Source: a virus (Duplodnaviria > Caudoviricetes). Taken from it: a DNA stretch of 43,014 nucleotides. Below, piece after piece: positions 28,521 to 36,766 of this stretch (the first letter of the stretch is position 1; each line of letters begins with the position of its first letter). Position numbers and translations under genes: made by a program. A model generated the notes under the pieces. It was not told the origin of the DNA, did not search any database, and saw only the letters and a list, made by a program, of their open reading frames with translations. Where the stretch lies: positions 1-43,014 of IMG/VR virus record IMGVR_UViG_3300014656_005852. One strand, given 5' to 3'.

Positions 28521-28824
28521 GAATTTGATTCCTAAAGGTTTGTATTGTTATTCTATAGATAGCGATGGCCATGAGGTTAGGTGCTTCTATTGGGGGGTTG
28601 ATAAAGACCACGATTTGCCGCAGGAGAATGGCTATTGTTCATATCTTGAAAAAGGGGACTATGATTTGAATAGGGAGGAAATTTGGACTACTTATTTTGT
28701 TAAGGATGGGATTAAAAAGGAAGGCACTGCAGCAGAGCTTGGAGAGAAACTCTCTTTGCTATGGGATCAAGTTAAAGAATGTGGAATTAATGATGAAATT
28801 GATGAAAATGAGTTGGAGCAATGA
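28510..28824 (+). CDS. Hypothetical Cys-containing protein
   Basis: IPKGLYCY...C.YW...GYCSYL...LLWDQVKECGIN; likely start ATG 28510. Confidence 0.6.
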   Translation: MKNKNLIPKGLYCYSIDSDGHEVRCFYWGVDKDHDLPQENGYCSYLEKGDYDLNREEIWTTYFVKDGIKKEGTAAELGEKLSLLWDQVKECGINDEIDENELEQ

Positions 28825-31820
28825 CGACATTAGAAACTGGAGCTACTACATTTAATCCTACAGTTGGTGGTGGGAGACAAAAAAAGAAAATAATTGATGC
28901 CACCAAAGGGTCCAAATTGCTAACTCTCAATGATTGGATAAAGAAGCAAAAGGCGACTCTTGTCCCTAAGAAGATAACTGTTCATCCGAAAGAAGGAAAG
29001 CCATTTGAAAGGATACAGATGGTTAGACCCGAGGGGAGTAGGCCTTTTTCTGATGATAAGATTAAAGCCTTGTTGGATAAGGCAGCTTCGCGAAAGTTTG
29101 GCAATCATCTGGGATGGCTTTATGATGAGAAGCCTGGAGGAGGAGCATATCTAGATGATATGGTAGAAATCTTTAAAGATCCTCTAAATGCTGTTAGTGG
29201 AAAGATATTGAATAATTATCCCGAATTAAAAGGGCATCTGGTATATGAGAATATTTCGGGTGATATCGAAAATTATTTTAATGCTTTTGATAGGAGCGAT
29301 GATCCAAAGCCAAATATAGATGTATTTTATGTCGATGAAATTGGTGTAAGATTTGATCCTGAAACTGGTAAAGCTTTAGAAGTGTTTGAAGGGTCAGATG
29401 AAGCCAGTTCTGAGAATATAAGAATAGTTAATGAAATTTTGTATGGTAATAAGCCGACAAAGCTTATTACTGTATATAGTAGCCAGCCAACAGATGTGAT
29501 TGATAAGATAAAACAGGGGAATATTCCTAAAGGGATTTTTGTTAGCCCTAAACGAGAGGTAGCTGAAAAGTATTGGGGAGAGGGCAGGGATGTAATTAGT
29601 TTTAAAGTAGATCCAAAGATGATAAATCAAATTAGCGATATAGATTGGCAAATTTTAGATGAAGTCAAAAAGTCTTCAGATATGCCAGATCCATATTCAC
29701 AAGAAATCTATGATTGGGTAGACGCTACTATATCGAAAGCGGGACTCCAAATACCTGGCAAATTACCTCAGGGTTCAAAGAAAATCGGCAAGCAATTGGA
29801 AGGGGATTTATATTCCTCATTAAGGGATAAGATTGCAGAATATTTGGAGATGCTCCGACCAGATATCCCGCAGTATGAAGTTATTAACGGAGTAATGGAT
29901 GTGGTTCAGAGCTGGACAGATACTGTTAAGGGCAATGTTGATGAGGCTTTTAATGATCTTTACATACGTGGTTTAACTGCCGGGATCGTAGATGCAGGAA
30001 TAAGGCCTGCTATCGGACTGGCAGACAAACTTGTTATGTGCTTAACAGGAGATACACAAATAAGCTTGATGGATGGCACGGAGAAGAGGGTTGACGAGTT
30101 ATCCTTAAGGACAGAAGGTTATTATATATATGGATTTGATTTGGAGAAAGGGCTTATTATACCTAGTTTGGCTACTCCAGCGAAAGTTACAGGAATAGAT
30201 GTTCCTGTTTATGAGGTGTTTTTAGATAATGGGACTTCTTTTAAAGTTACTGGAGAGCATTTGATTTTAATGAGAGATGGGAAGTATAAGAAAGTTTCCG
30301 ATTTAAATGAAAATGACTCAGTCATGCCGTTGTATCGTAAGTTTAATGCTGAAAATGTTTTGAAAGATTATGAGGTTCTCTATCAGCCAAATGAACATAA
30401 ATGGCAGTATACCCACAGAATGATTTTTTCTCCACCAGAAAGAAAAGGAAAAATTATACATCATAAAGATTTTAATTGTCGCAACAATGATCCTAGAAAT
30501 GTGATTCCTATGACACAAAGGGAGCATGTTAAATTACATGCTGCGGGATGGAATAAAAATTTGACAAAAGAGACCGATAGTAGAGTTAAACAGATAAGTG
30601 ATTCGACTAAAGGAAGAGTACCTTGGAATAAAGATAAAACTAAAGAGAATGATGTTAGGGTTGCTTTGCTTGGGAAGAAAGTTAGTCTTCGAAGAAGGGA
30701 ATTGTCTGCTAAGGGATTATTGATTCCGTGGAATAAAGGATTAAAATGGTCTGAAGAAGTTAAATTGAAGTTAAGAAAACCAAAGGCAGTGCCTTCTTAT
30801 CGGAAAGGCCAAACTTGGGAGGAAACTTTTGGGGAGGAGAGAGCAGCTATTATGAGATTAAATCATAAAGGTTTTAGTGGTAAATCTCATTCTGAAGATG
30901 GTCTTGCAAAAATTCGAGGAGTAGTCCAAGAAATGCGGAATAATATTAGTAAAGGGACAAGGAAGAATATGGATCATATTAGAGGGAAGACTTTAGAAGA
31001 GCTATATGGTAAAGATAAGGCAGATAGGATTAAAGCTAGTTCAGGCAAAAATCAGCCTACTAAAGGAAAAACCTATGAGGAATTTTATGGCATAGAGAAA
31101 GCCCTTGAAATAAAAAATAAAATGAAAGTAGCGGAGAGACCAAGAGATTCAAATGGAAAATTTATTTCCAAGAATCATAAAATAATTTCTGTAAAGTTTT
31201 ATGGTATTGTTAATAAAGTTTATGATATTCAGACAGAAACCAATAATTTTGCTTTAACTAATGGAATTTTTGTTCATAATAGTTTTATTAAAGCAAATCC
31301 AATGCGGATCGGGAGCAGGATTGTCACATTTTCTCAGGATCTGGTGGAGAAATTTAGACCTATTATTGCGAATTCATTTACTGCCGAGGGAATTTTCAAT
31401 GTGGATTACCTAACAAATGAGCTGAATAAAGTAGTACCAGCTAAGAGATATTTGCTGGAGAGGATTGTACGTACGGAGGTCGCAGCCATATCGCAAGTTG
31501 GGAGATTAATTGGATGGAATTCCGATAATTATAAGCATTTCTACAATTATCGATGGAATTCTACAAGAGATAATCGGACCAAGCCCATAAGTTTGCGAAG
31601 AGCGGCGGGAAACCCCTACGCTTGGTGTGAAATTTGCTGGCTGTGGGAGAGGCAGGAGGAATTGCGCCCTAATGGACGACGGGAGGTGGATTGGCCGAAT
31701 CAAAGATGTAGTCTTAGTCGGACTCCTAGCGACACAGAAGTCAGAGGCTTTAGATTTAGAGGGCAGGAAATAAATTATCCAATTACTACTCCACTAGGAT
31801 TTATTTATGAATTCGATTAA
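28821..31820 (+). CDS. MuF/SPP1 gp7-like head morphogenesis protein with N-terminal extension and an intein
   Basis: C-terminal ERIVRTEV, YRW....DNRT, PNQRC; located after the portal. Confidence 0.8.
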   Translation: MTTLETGATTFNPTVGGGRQKKKIIDATKGSKLLTLNDWIKKQKATLVPKKITVHPKEGKPFERIQMVRPEGSRPFSDDKIKALLDKAASRKFGNHLGWLYDEKPGGGAYLDDMVEIFKDPLNAVSGKILNNYPELKGHLVYENISGDIENYFNAFDRSDDPKPNIDVFYVDEIGVRFDPETGKALEVFEGSDEASSENIRIVNEILYGNKPTKLITVYSSQPTDVIDKIKQGNIPKGIFVSPKREVAEKYWGEGRDVISFKVDPKMINQISDIDWQILDEVKKSSDMPDPYSQEIYDWVDATISKAGLQIPGKLPQGSKKIGKQLEGDLYSSLRDKIAEYLEMLRPDIPQYEVINGVMDVVQSWTDTVKGNVDEAFNDLYIRGLTAGIVDAGIRPAIGLADKLVMCLTGDTQISLMDGTEKRVDELSLRTEGYYIYGFDLEKGLIIPSLATPAKVTGIDVPVYEVFLDNGTSFKVTGEHLILMRDGKYKKVSDLNENDSVMPLYRKFNAENVLKDYEVLYQPNEHKWQYTHRMIFSPPERKGKIIHHKDFNCRNNDPRNVIPMTQREHVKLHAAGWNKNLTKETDSRVKQISDSTKGRVPWNKDKTKENDVRVALLGKKVSLRRRELSAKGLLIPWNKGLKWSEEVKLKLRKPKAVPSYRKGQTWEETFGEERAAIMRLNHKGFSGKSHSEDGLAKIRGVVQEMRNNISKGTRKNMDHIRGKTLEELYGKDKADRIKASSGKNQPTKGKTYEEFYGIEKALEIKNKMKVAERPRDSNGKFISKNHKIISVKFYGIVNKVYDIQTETNNFALTNGIFVHNSFIKANPMRIGSRIVTFSQDLVEKFRPIIANSFTAEGIFNVDYLTNELNKVVPAKRYLLERIVRTEVAAISQVGRLIGWNSDNYKHFYNYRWNSTRDNRTKPISLRRAAGNPYAWCEICWLWERQEELRPNGRREVDWPNQRCSLSRTPSDTEVRGFRFRGQEINYPITTPLGFIYEFD
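30039..31280 (+). mobile_element. Intein (414 aa) with HNH endonuclease and NUMOD-like repeats
   Basis: VM|CLTGDT...VTGEH...HHKDFNCRNNDPRN...VYDI...FVHN|SF. Confidence 0.92.
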
Positions 31821-31882
31821 AGTTGTTGAAATAGAGTGTATTAAATGTGGATCTATTTTTTTCTAGAAGGGGGTGGTTGTAG

Positions 31883-32467
31883 ATGTCAATATTAATTATC
31901 ATAGGCGTTAGTTTAATTGTAATCATGACTATTTTCCTGATTTTCCCCTTGTTACCTAACCTAGTCAGAAAACTCATATATATGGAAGAAGAGGAGACTC
32001 AATCTTCCGAGAATAGTGATGAGATTAGTAGCTTCCATTTCTTGGAGGGGGCAAAGCATGCAAAACGTGATTATCGTATAGTATCTGGTAACTTACATCC
32101 AAGCTCATTAGACCAAAGTGTGGTGGATAAGCTTGCCAGTATATTGACGCAAAATAAAAAACTAAAAGTTCGTATATTTGTTGGCAACCAAATATTATGT
32201 AGTAGTAAAGAGGGGGATAATCCTATTTGGCAATTATATAAATCTGGAAAATTCAGTAAACAACTACAAATCCGTGTCCTTTCTGGCTATCCTGAACAAC
32301 ATTATAGAGTAGTAGACAAAAGAGAGTTTTTCCTTGAAGAGAATCATCCTCCTCTCAGCCAAAAACGTAAGTATATAATCAAGCCATACAGTTGTACAAA
32401 TGCGGCTGTGTATGCTTCCGAGTTTGACAAGGCATGGGATAGAGCAGATGTTACTCATGATGTGTAG
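31883..32467 (+). CDS. Membrane-anchored protein with a possible PLD-like fold
   Basis: Hydrophobic residues 2-28; 'RIVSGNL...VRIFVG...HYRVVD...F..E..H...F...W'. Confidence 0.45.
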   Translation: MSILIIIGVSLIVIMTIFLIFPLLPNLVRKLIYMEEEETQSSENSDEISSFHFLEGAKHAKRDYRIVSGNLHPSSLDQSVVDKLASILTQNKKLKVRIFVGNQILCSSKEGDNPIWQLYKSGKFSKQLQIRVLSGYPEQHYRVVDKREFFLEENHPPLSQKRKYIIKPYSCTNAAVYASEFDKAWDRADVTHDV

Positions 32468-32499
32468 CCTAGAAATTCTTGGAATAGAAAGGAGTTTAT

Positions 32500-33672
32500 A
32501 TGCCATTACCAAGACATAATACACCAGAGTGGGAAAAAGAGGCCGCTTTTTATTTAAGAGCTAGTGAAGATGAAGTAAAGGAGAGAGCAGAAGCTCTGAA
32601 AATACTATATCCTTCTTACCAGAGGAGGATGAGGGAAGCAGGAATATTTAAATATAGAAGAGACGATATTCCAGAAATCAATGATACTGCTCTTACTGAT
32701 TTAGAACGAACTGTGTTAGATATAGTTAGTAAGCAAACAGTTAGTGTTAGTGAAATAAGCAGGAGAATAGACAGATCTTCTGAGACAGTAATAAAGACTA
32801 TAGATTCACTGCGAGCAAAGCATTATGAAGTAGAGCTGGATGAGATTAGGCACGAAGTGTCTATTCCAACTGCTCCTAGAGGAGATGTTGCTTCTACTGA
32901 ATTCACTTATTTTAGAAAATTTTATCGAATAGGCTTGGTATCAGACACTCATTTAGGGAGCAAGTACCAGCAAGTCACGGCTTTATATGACGCTTATAAA
33001 ATATTTGATGAGAGAAAGACAGATTTTAATTTAGTGGTTGGAGATGTTCATGATGGTATAGATATGTATAGAGGACATCGAGATGAAATATTTCTATATG
33101 ATGCCTCTCAACAATTGAATTATAGTGCTGAAGTATTTCCTAAGTCCATTAGAGGCACGAAGACCTATGTTATTGGTGGCCAGCATGATTATTGTTTTAT
33201 GAAGCAGAATGGTTATAATATTATAGAACATCTTTGTGAAAAAAGGGAGGATTTGGTGTATAGAGGCTTCTATACAGCTAAATTCAACATTAAAGGAATT
33301 CTTCTTGAGATGCAGCATCCAGGAGGAGGCATTGCGTATGCTTTATCATATGCACCTCAAAAGATGATAGAGAGTATAGTACATTTTATGCTCTCTGCTG
33401 TCACTGGTTTAGGTGAAGCCAGGGCTAAATTGCCGCAATTTCTTGCTTTTGGACATTACCATGTGCCAGTTCATTTGCCCCAGTATATGGGTGTTGATGT
33501 CTGTGGCCTCCCATGCTTTCAGAGCCAGACAAAGTACCTGCAACAGAAGAGGAAGATGCCCATTGTTGGATGTGCGATTGCAGAACTCTGGTTAAATGAA
33601 GTCAATACTCTTAGCTCATCAAATGTGGAGTTCATTATCATGAATGACCGAATCAAAGAGAATGACTATTAG
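32500..33672 (+). CDS. HTH plus calcineurin-like metallophosphoesterase
   Basis: SDTHLG, GDVHDG, GQHD, HP, GHYH; winged HTH at residues ~65-120. Confidence 0.88.
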   Translation: MPLPRHNTPEWEKEAAFYLRASEDEVKERAEALKILYPSYQRRMREAGIFKYRRDDIPEINDTALTDLERTVLDIVSKQTVSVSEISRRIDRSSETVIKTIDSLRAKHYEVELDEIRHEVSIPTAPRGDVASTEFTYFRKFYRIGLVSDTHLGSKYQQVTALYDAYKIFDERKTDFNLVVGDVHDGIDMYRGHRDEIFLYDASQQLNYSAEVFPKSIRGTKTYVIGGQHDYCFMKQNGYNIIEHLCEKREDLVYRGFYTAKFNIKGILLEMQHPGGGIAYALSYAPQKMIESIVHFMLSAVTGLGEARAKLPQFLAFGHYHVPVHLPQYMGVDVCGLPCFQSQTKYLQQKRKMPIVGCAIAELWLNEVNTLSSSNVEFIIMNDRIKENDY

Positions 33673-34108
33673 GAGGCAGAGAATAAATGCTCGTACCAGG
33701 AGAAAGCTGAGGTTATCTTCTTATAGGAAATGGCTGAATCCAGTATACAAAAGTAAGACTGTGCAAGCCATAATGAAGGCGGCTCATAAAAGTCCTAATA
33801 AAAAGGAAAAATTACTTGGTTCATTATTGGATGAATGGTTTCCAAACAGATTCAAGTTTGTAGGTAATGGAAAACTTATTCTTGATGGTAAATGCCCAGA
33901 TTTTATAGATGAAAAAAATAGATTATTAATAGAATTATATGGCGATTGGTGGCATAAAGGGGAGACCGAGGAGCCAAGAATCAATCATTTTAAAAAATTA
34001 AATTATGACACTTTAGTGGTATGGGAGCATGAGTTAGAATATCCTAAAATATTATATAATAAGATTAAGGAATTTGTTGAGAAAGGAATATTAAATGATA
34101 TGGAATAA
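33644..34108 (+). CDS. Vsr-like endonuclease
   Basis: CPDFI...IELYGDWWH...LVVWEHE. Confidence 0.8.
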   Translation: MTESKRMTIRRQRINARTRRKLRLSSYRKWLNPVYKSKTVQAIMKAAHKSPNKKEKLLGSLLDEWFPNRFKFVGNGKLILDGKCPDFIDEKNRLLIELYGDWWHKGETEEPRINHFKKLNYDTLVVWEHELEYPKILYNKIKEFVEKGILNDME

Positions 34109-34876
34109 CCTAGAACTGCCAAGGGCTTACTATTCTAATGAGTATGTATATATCATAAATGCTGATTGTCAGGAAGTGCTCCCGATGATACCTGATAAGA
34201 GCATTGACCTTGTGCTGACTGACCCACCGTATAAAATAGGATATGCTGATTGGGATAATGGTGAATTTGTTAAGTTTACTGATAAGTGGATAGAACATAT
34301 ATTTACACTATTGTGTGATACAGGAACACTTTGGTCATTTATGGGGTATAGCAGAATATTTGACTTTGTGCCCTTGTTACAAAAGCATGGGATTGTCCAT
34401 TTAGAGAATTGGGTGGTATGGGCAAGACAGAAAGGTAGAGGTAGTTCTAAACATCTTAAAAGCCAGAGAGAGGATATATTCCATACCACCAAGTCTAAAA
34501 CTTATGTGTGGAATAACTTAAAAATGCTTCGAGAAGTTGTAACTCCTTATGTGAAGGATGGCAAACCGAGGGGGTGGTTTATTAATGAACAGGGTAAACG
34601 TGTTCGCTGGACAGGACTTGGGAATGTATGGGTATATACTTCTCCACAATATAATTCGAGGACAGACAAACAAGTTCATCCAGCACAAAAGCCTAGTTTA
34701 TTATTTTATTATTTGAGAGACTAATATTATTATCTTCAAATGAATGTGATTTAATACTCGACCCCTTTCTCGGCTCAGGCACAACTTGTTACTGTGCCAA
34801 GAAGCTAAACCGCAAGTGCATTGGAGTAGAGATTTCAGAGGAATATTGTGAAATTGCAGCAAGGAAATGCAGTTAA
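34095..34876 (+). pseudogene. Beta-class DNA methyltransferase split by an 8-bp tandem duplication
   Basis: TDPPY...HPAQKP in the first frame; FERLILLSSNECDLILDPFLGSGTT...CS* continues in another frame (34712-34876). Confidence 0.85.
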
Positions 34877-34945
34877 AATGGGATTAGATGGTGGCATGAG
34901 CTTAAATGCTCTAAAATGTTATATAATAAAGGAAAGGAGAAAGTA

Positions 34946-35188
34946 ATGAAAAAAGAAACTAAATCTACAATAGAGGATCTTTACAATGGAGAGTATCTTG
35001 GAGCTTGGGAGGACGATGATATGGTGTCTGTTGATCTTTTTTACAAGGGGCTTGTGATAAATTTTGACAATCCCGAAGAGTTCTTGGTATTCATTCAGGA
35101 GTTTGAGCTTGTTGGAAGGGCTTGGTACAATAAGCACGAGGAGTATCTCGATAAAGGTGAGATTGAGCCTCAAATAAGTAATAATTAA
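34946..35188 (+). CDS. Acidic hypothetical protein
   Basis: ATG 34946 after AAGGAG; TATAAT at 34922. Confidence 0.6.
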   Translation: MKKETKSTIEDLYNGEYLGAWEDDDMVSVDLFYKGLVINFDNPEEFLVFIQEFELVGRAWYNKHEEYLDKGEIEPQISNN

Positions 35189-35194
35189 AGGAAG

Positions 35195-35713
35195 ATGGAT
35201 AGAGAGTTAAAACGACAAATTAGTGAGGCTATAGTTGAAGGTATTCGCAGAAATGCCGACAGATGTTTTTCTACTAGTCAGTCAACGAGTGAATGCTTTG
35301 TACCAGTAAATACAGGAAATTTGAAGCGCTCTGGAATTGTGGAACATATTCCTGGAGGAGCTAGAATTGCCTACAGGGCTAATTATTCGGCAGATGTTGA
35401 ATGGGGAAGAGAGGAGCAGCTTATTACAGGCACCCAAACGGTGCATATTCATGCTCATAAAAGAAAAACCAGGAAAGGTTCTTCAATTGTGAAAGCGCAT
35501 GATAAAAAATATGTGAATAAAAGGTTGATTGGCTTCAGACCAAAATATGCTAAATTTGAATATGGTGATAAAATATTTAGAGTAATTAACAAAATTTCAG
35601 CGACCAGAGCCCAACTGTTCCTTTCGCGGGCTGTTGCTCAGGAGATAGTGCATCTCCCCACAGATATCGCCTTTTACCTAAAAAAATTTGGGAGTACTAC
35701 TGTTACAAGATAG
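35195..35713 (+). CDS. HK97 gp10-like neck/tail-completion protein
   Basis: VPVNTGNLKRS, YSADVEWG, FLSRA. Confidence 0.7.
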   Translation: MDRELKRQISEAIVEGIRRNADRCFSTSQSTSECFVPVNTGNLKRSGIVEHIPGGARIAYRANYSADVEWGREEQLITGTQTVHIHAHKRKTRKGSSIVKAHDKKYVNKRLIGFRPKYAKFEYGDKIFRVINKISATRAQLFLSRAVAQEIVHLPTDIAFYLKKFGSTTVTR

Positions 35714-35720
35714 GAGGATT

Positions 35721-36062
35721 ATGGAGAGAAAAGAGATTATAGCAAAGAATATTAGCTGGCTTGCTGGTAAGTGCATGAGTTATATAGATGTTACTATAGA
35801 GGATTCAGGAGTTGATAAGCATTCAAAGAAAGTAATGATGAAGAAATTATTTAATGAGCAAGTATATGGTCTTGGAGATTATTTGCTGGATAATGATGAT
35901 ATTGGGGAAGGGTGCAAGAGATTACTTGATAGTTTGGCTAGATTAGTGGTTACTGCTATAGGAGATAAATCTCAAAGAAGTCAATTTGTGATATTGATTT
36001 CTAGAAAAATAAATGAATTTAAGAATAGATTTAATGATGATTTATTAGAAAGGATGGATTAG
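35721..36062 (+). CDS. Hypothetical protein
   Basis: AGGAGG RBS before ATG 35721. Confidence 0.6.
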   Translation: MERKEIIAKNISWLAGKCMSYIDVTIEDSGVDKHSKKVMMKKLFNEQVYGLGDYLLDNDDIGEGCKRLLDSLARLVVTAIGDKSQRSQFVILISRKINEFKNRFNDDLLERMD

Positions 36063-36592
36063 TGATATATAAATTTGAAAAAGAGGTAGAACTTATTGCC
36101 AATGAGGAGATAAAAATATTTACTAAAAGGTGTATTGAAGCCGCTCCAAGATATGTTTTTAATATTCCAAGTTCATCTTCAGGTAAGCACCACCCGAAAG
36201 ATGAAAACAATTCTGGAGGGCAGGTTTTACATACAAGAAGAGTAGTGAAGATAGCAGAAGATTTATGCAGGAATTTTAATATTGTTGGTGATGATAGAGA
36301 TTGTGTAATATCAGCAGCTATTCAGCATGATTTTGCCAAGCAGGGCTTTCCGATTGATGTAGGCTATACGGTTGATGGACACGGAAGTTTATGGGTACAA
36401 CTTCTTAACAATGTTGTAGATAGAAAGGAGATTTTAAAGAATCCTATAATAACAAAGATAGGAAGACTGATAGCCTGTCACATGGGAGTCTGGGATATAC
36501 CTTATTCTGTTGGGAGAGATAATTTAGAGTTAATTGTGCAATTAGCTGATTATATTAGTTCACGTGATTATATTAGAGTAGAGGTATATTGA
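36062..36592 (+). CDS. HD-domain phosphohydrolase
   Basis: SSSGKHHP...GG...HT, QHDFAK, H, CHMG, ADY. Confidence 0.85.
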   Translation: MIYKFEKEVELIANEEIKIFTKRCIEAAPRYVFNIPSSSSGKHHPKDENNSGGQVLHTRRVVKIAEDLCRNFNIVGDDRDCVISAAIQHDFAKQGFPIDVGYTVDGHGSLWVQLLNNVVDRKEILKNPIITKIGRLIACHMGVWDIPYSVGRDNLELIVQLADYISSRDYIRVEVY

Positions 36593-36613
36593 AATACAAA
36601 AACATAGATAGAA

Positions 36614-36766
36614 ATGGAGAATGCCGAGGAGTTCGAGAAATTGTTATATGCATTACTTGAAAAGGCAGAGAAGAAATTAAATATGACCGATAGAACATTG
36701 GCCTATATTCTTCTCAGAGAGGGTATTGCTTACTATCTCAGAACTATATGTCAAGGTGATAAATGA
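36614..36766 (+). CDS. Small hypothetical protein (50 aa, absent from the ORF track)
   Basis: MENAEEFEKLLYALLEKAEKK...QGDK*; fills the gap and its stop overlaps ATG 36763. Confidence 0.55.
   Translation: MENAEEFEKLLYALLEKAEKKLNMTDRTLAYILLREGIAYYLRTICQGDK

Noticed and set aside
31807-31866. Mini-ORF MNSIKVVEIECIKCGSIFF*, possibly a truncated zinc-ribbon gene
   Set aside because: 19 codons with one CxxC is too little to separate from chance
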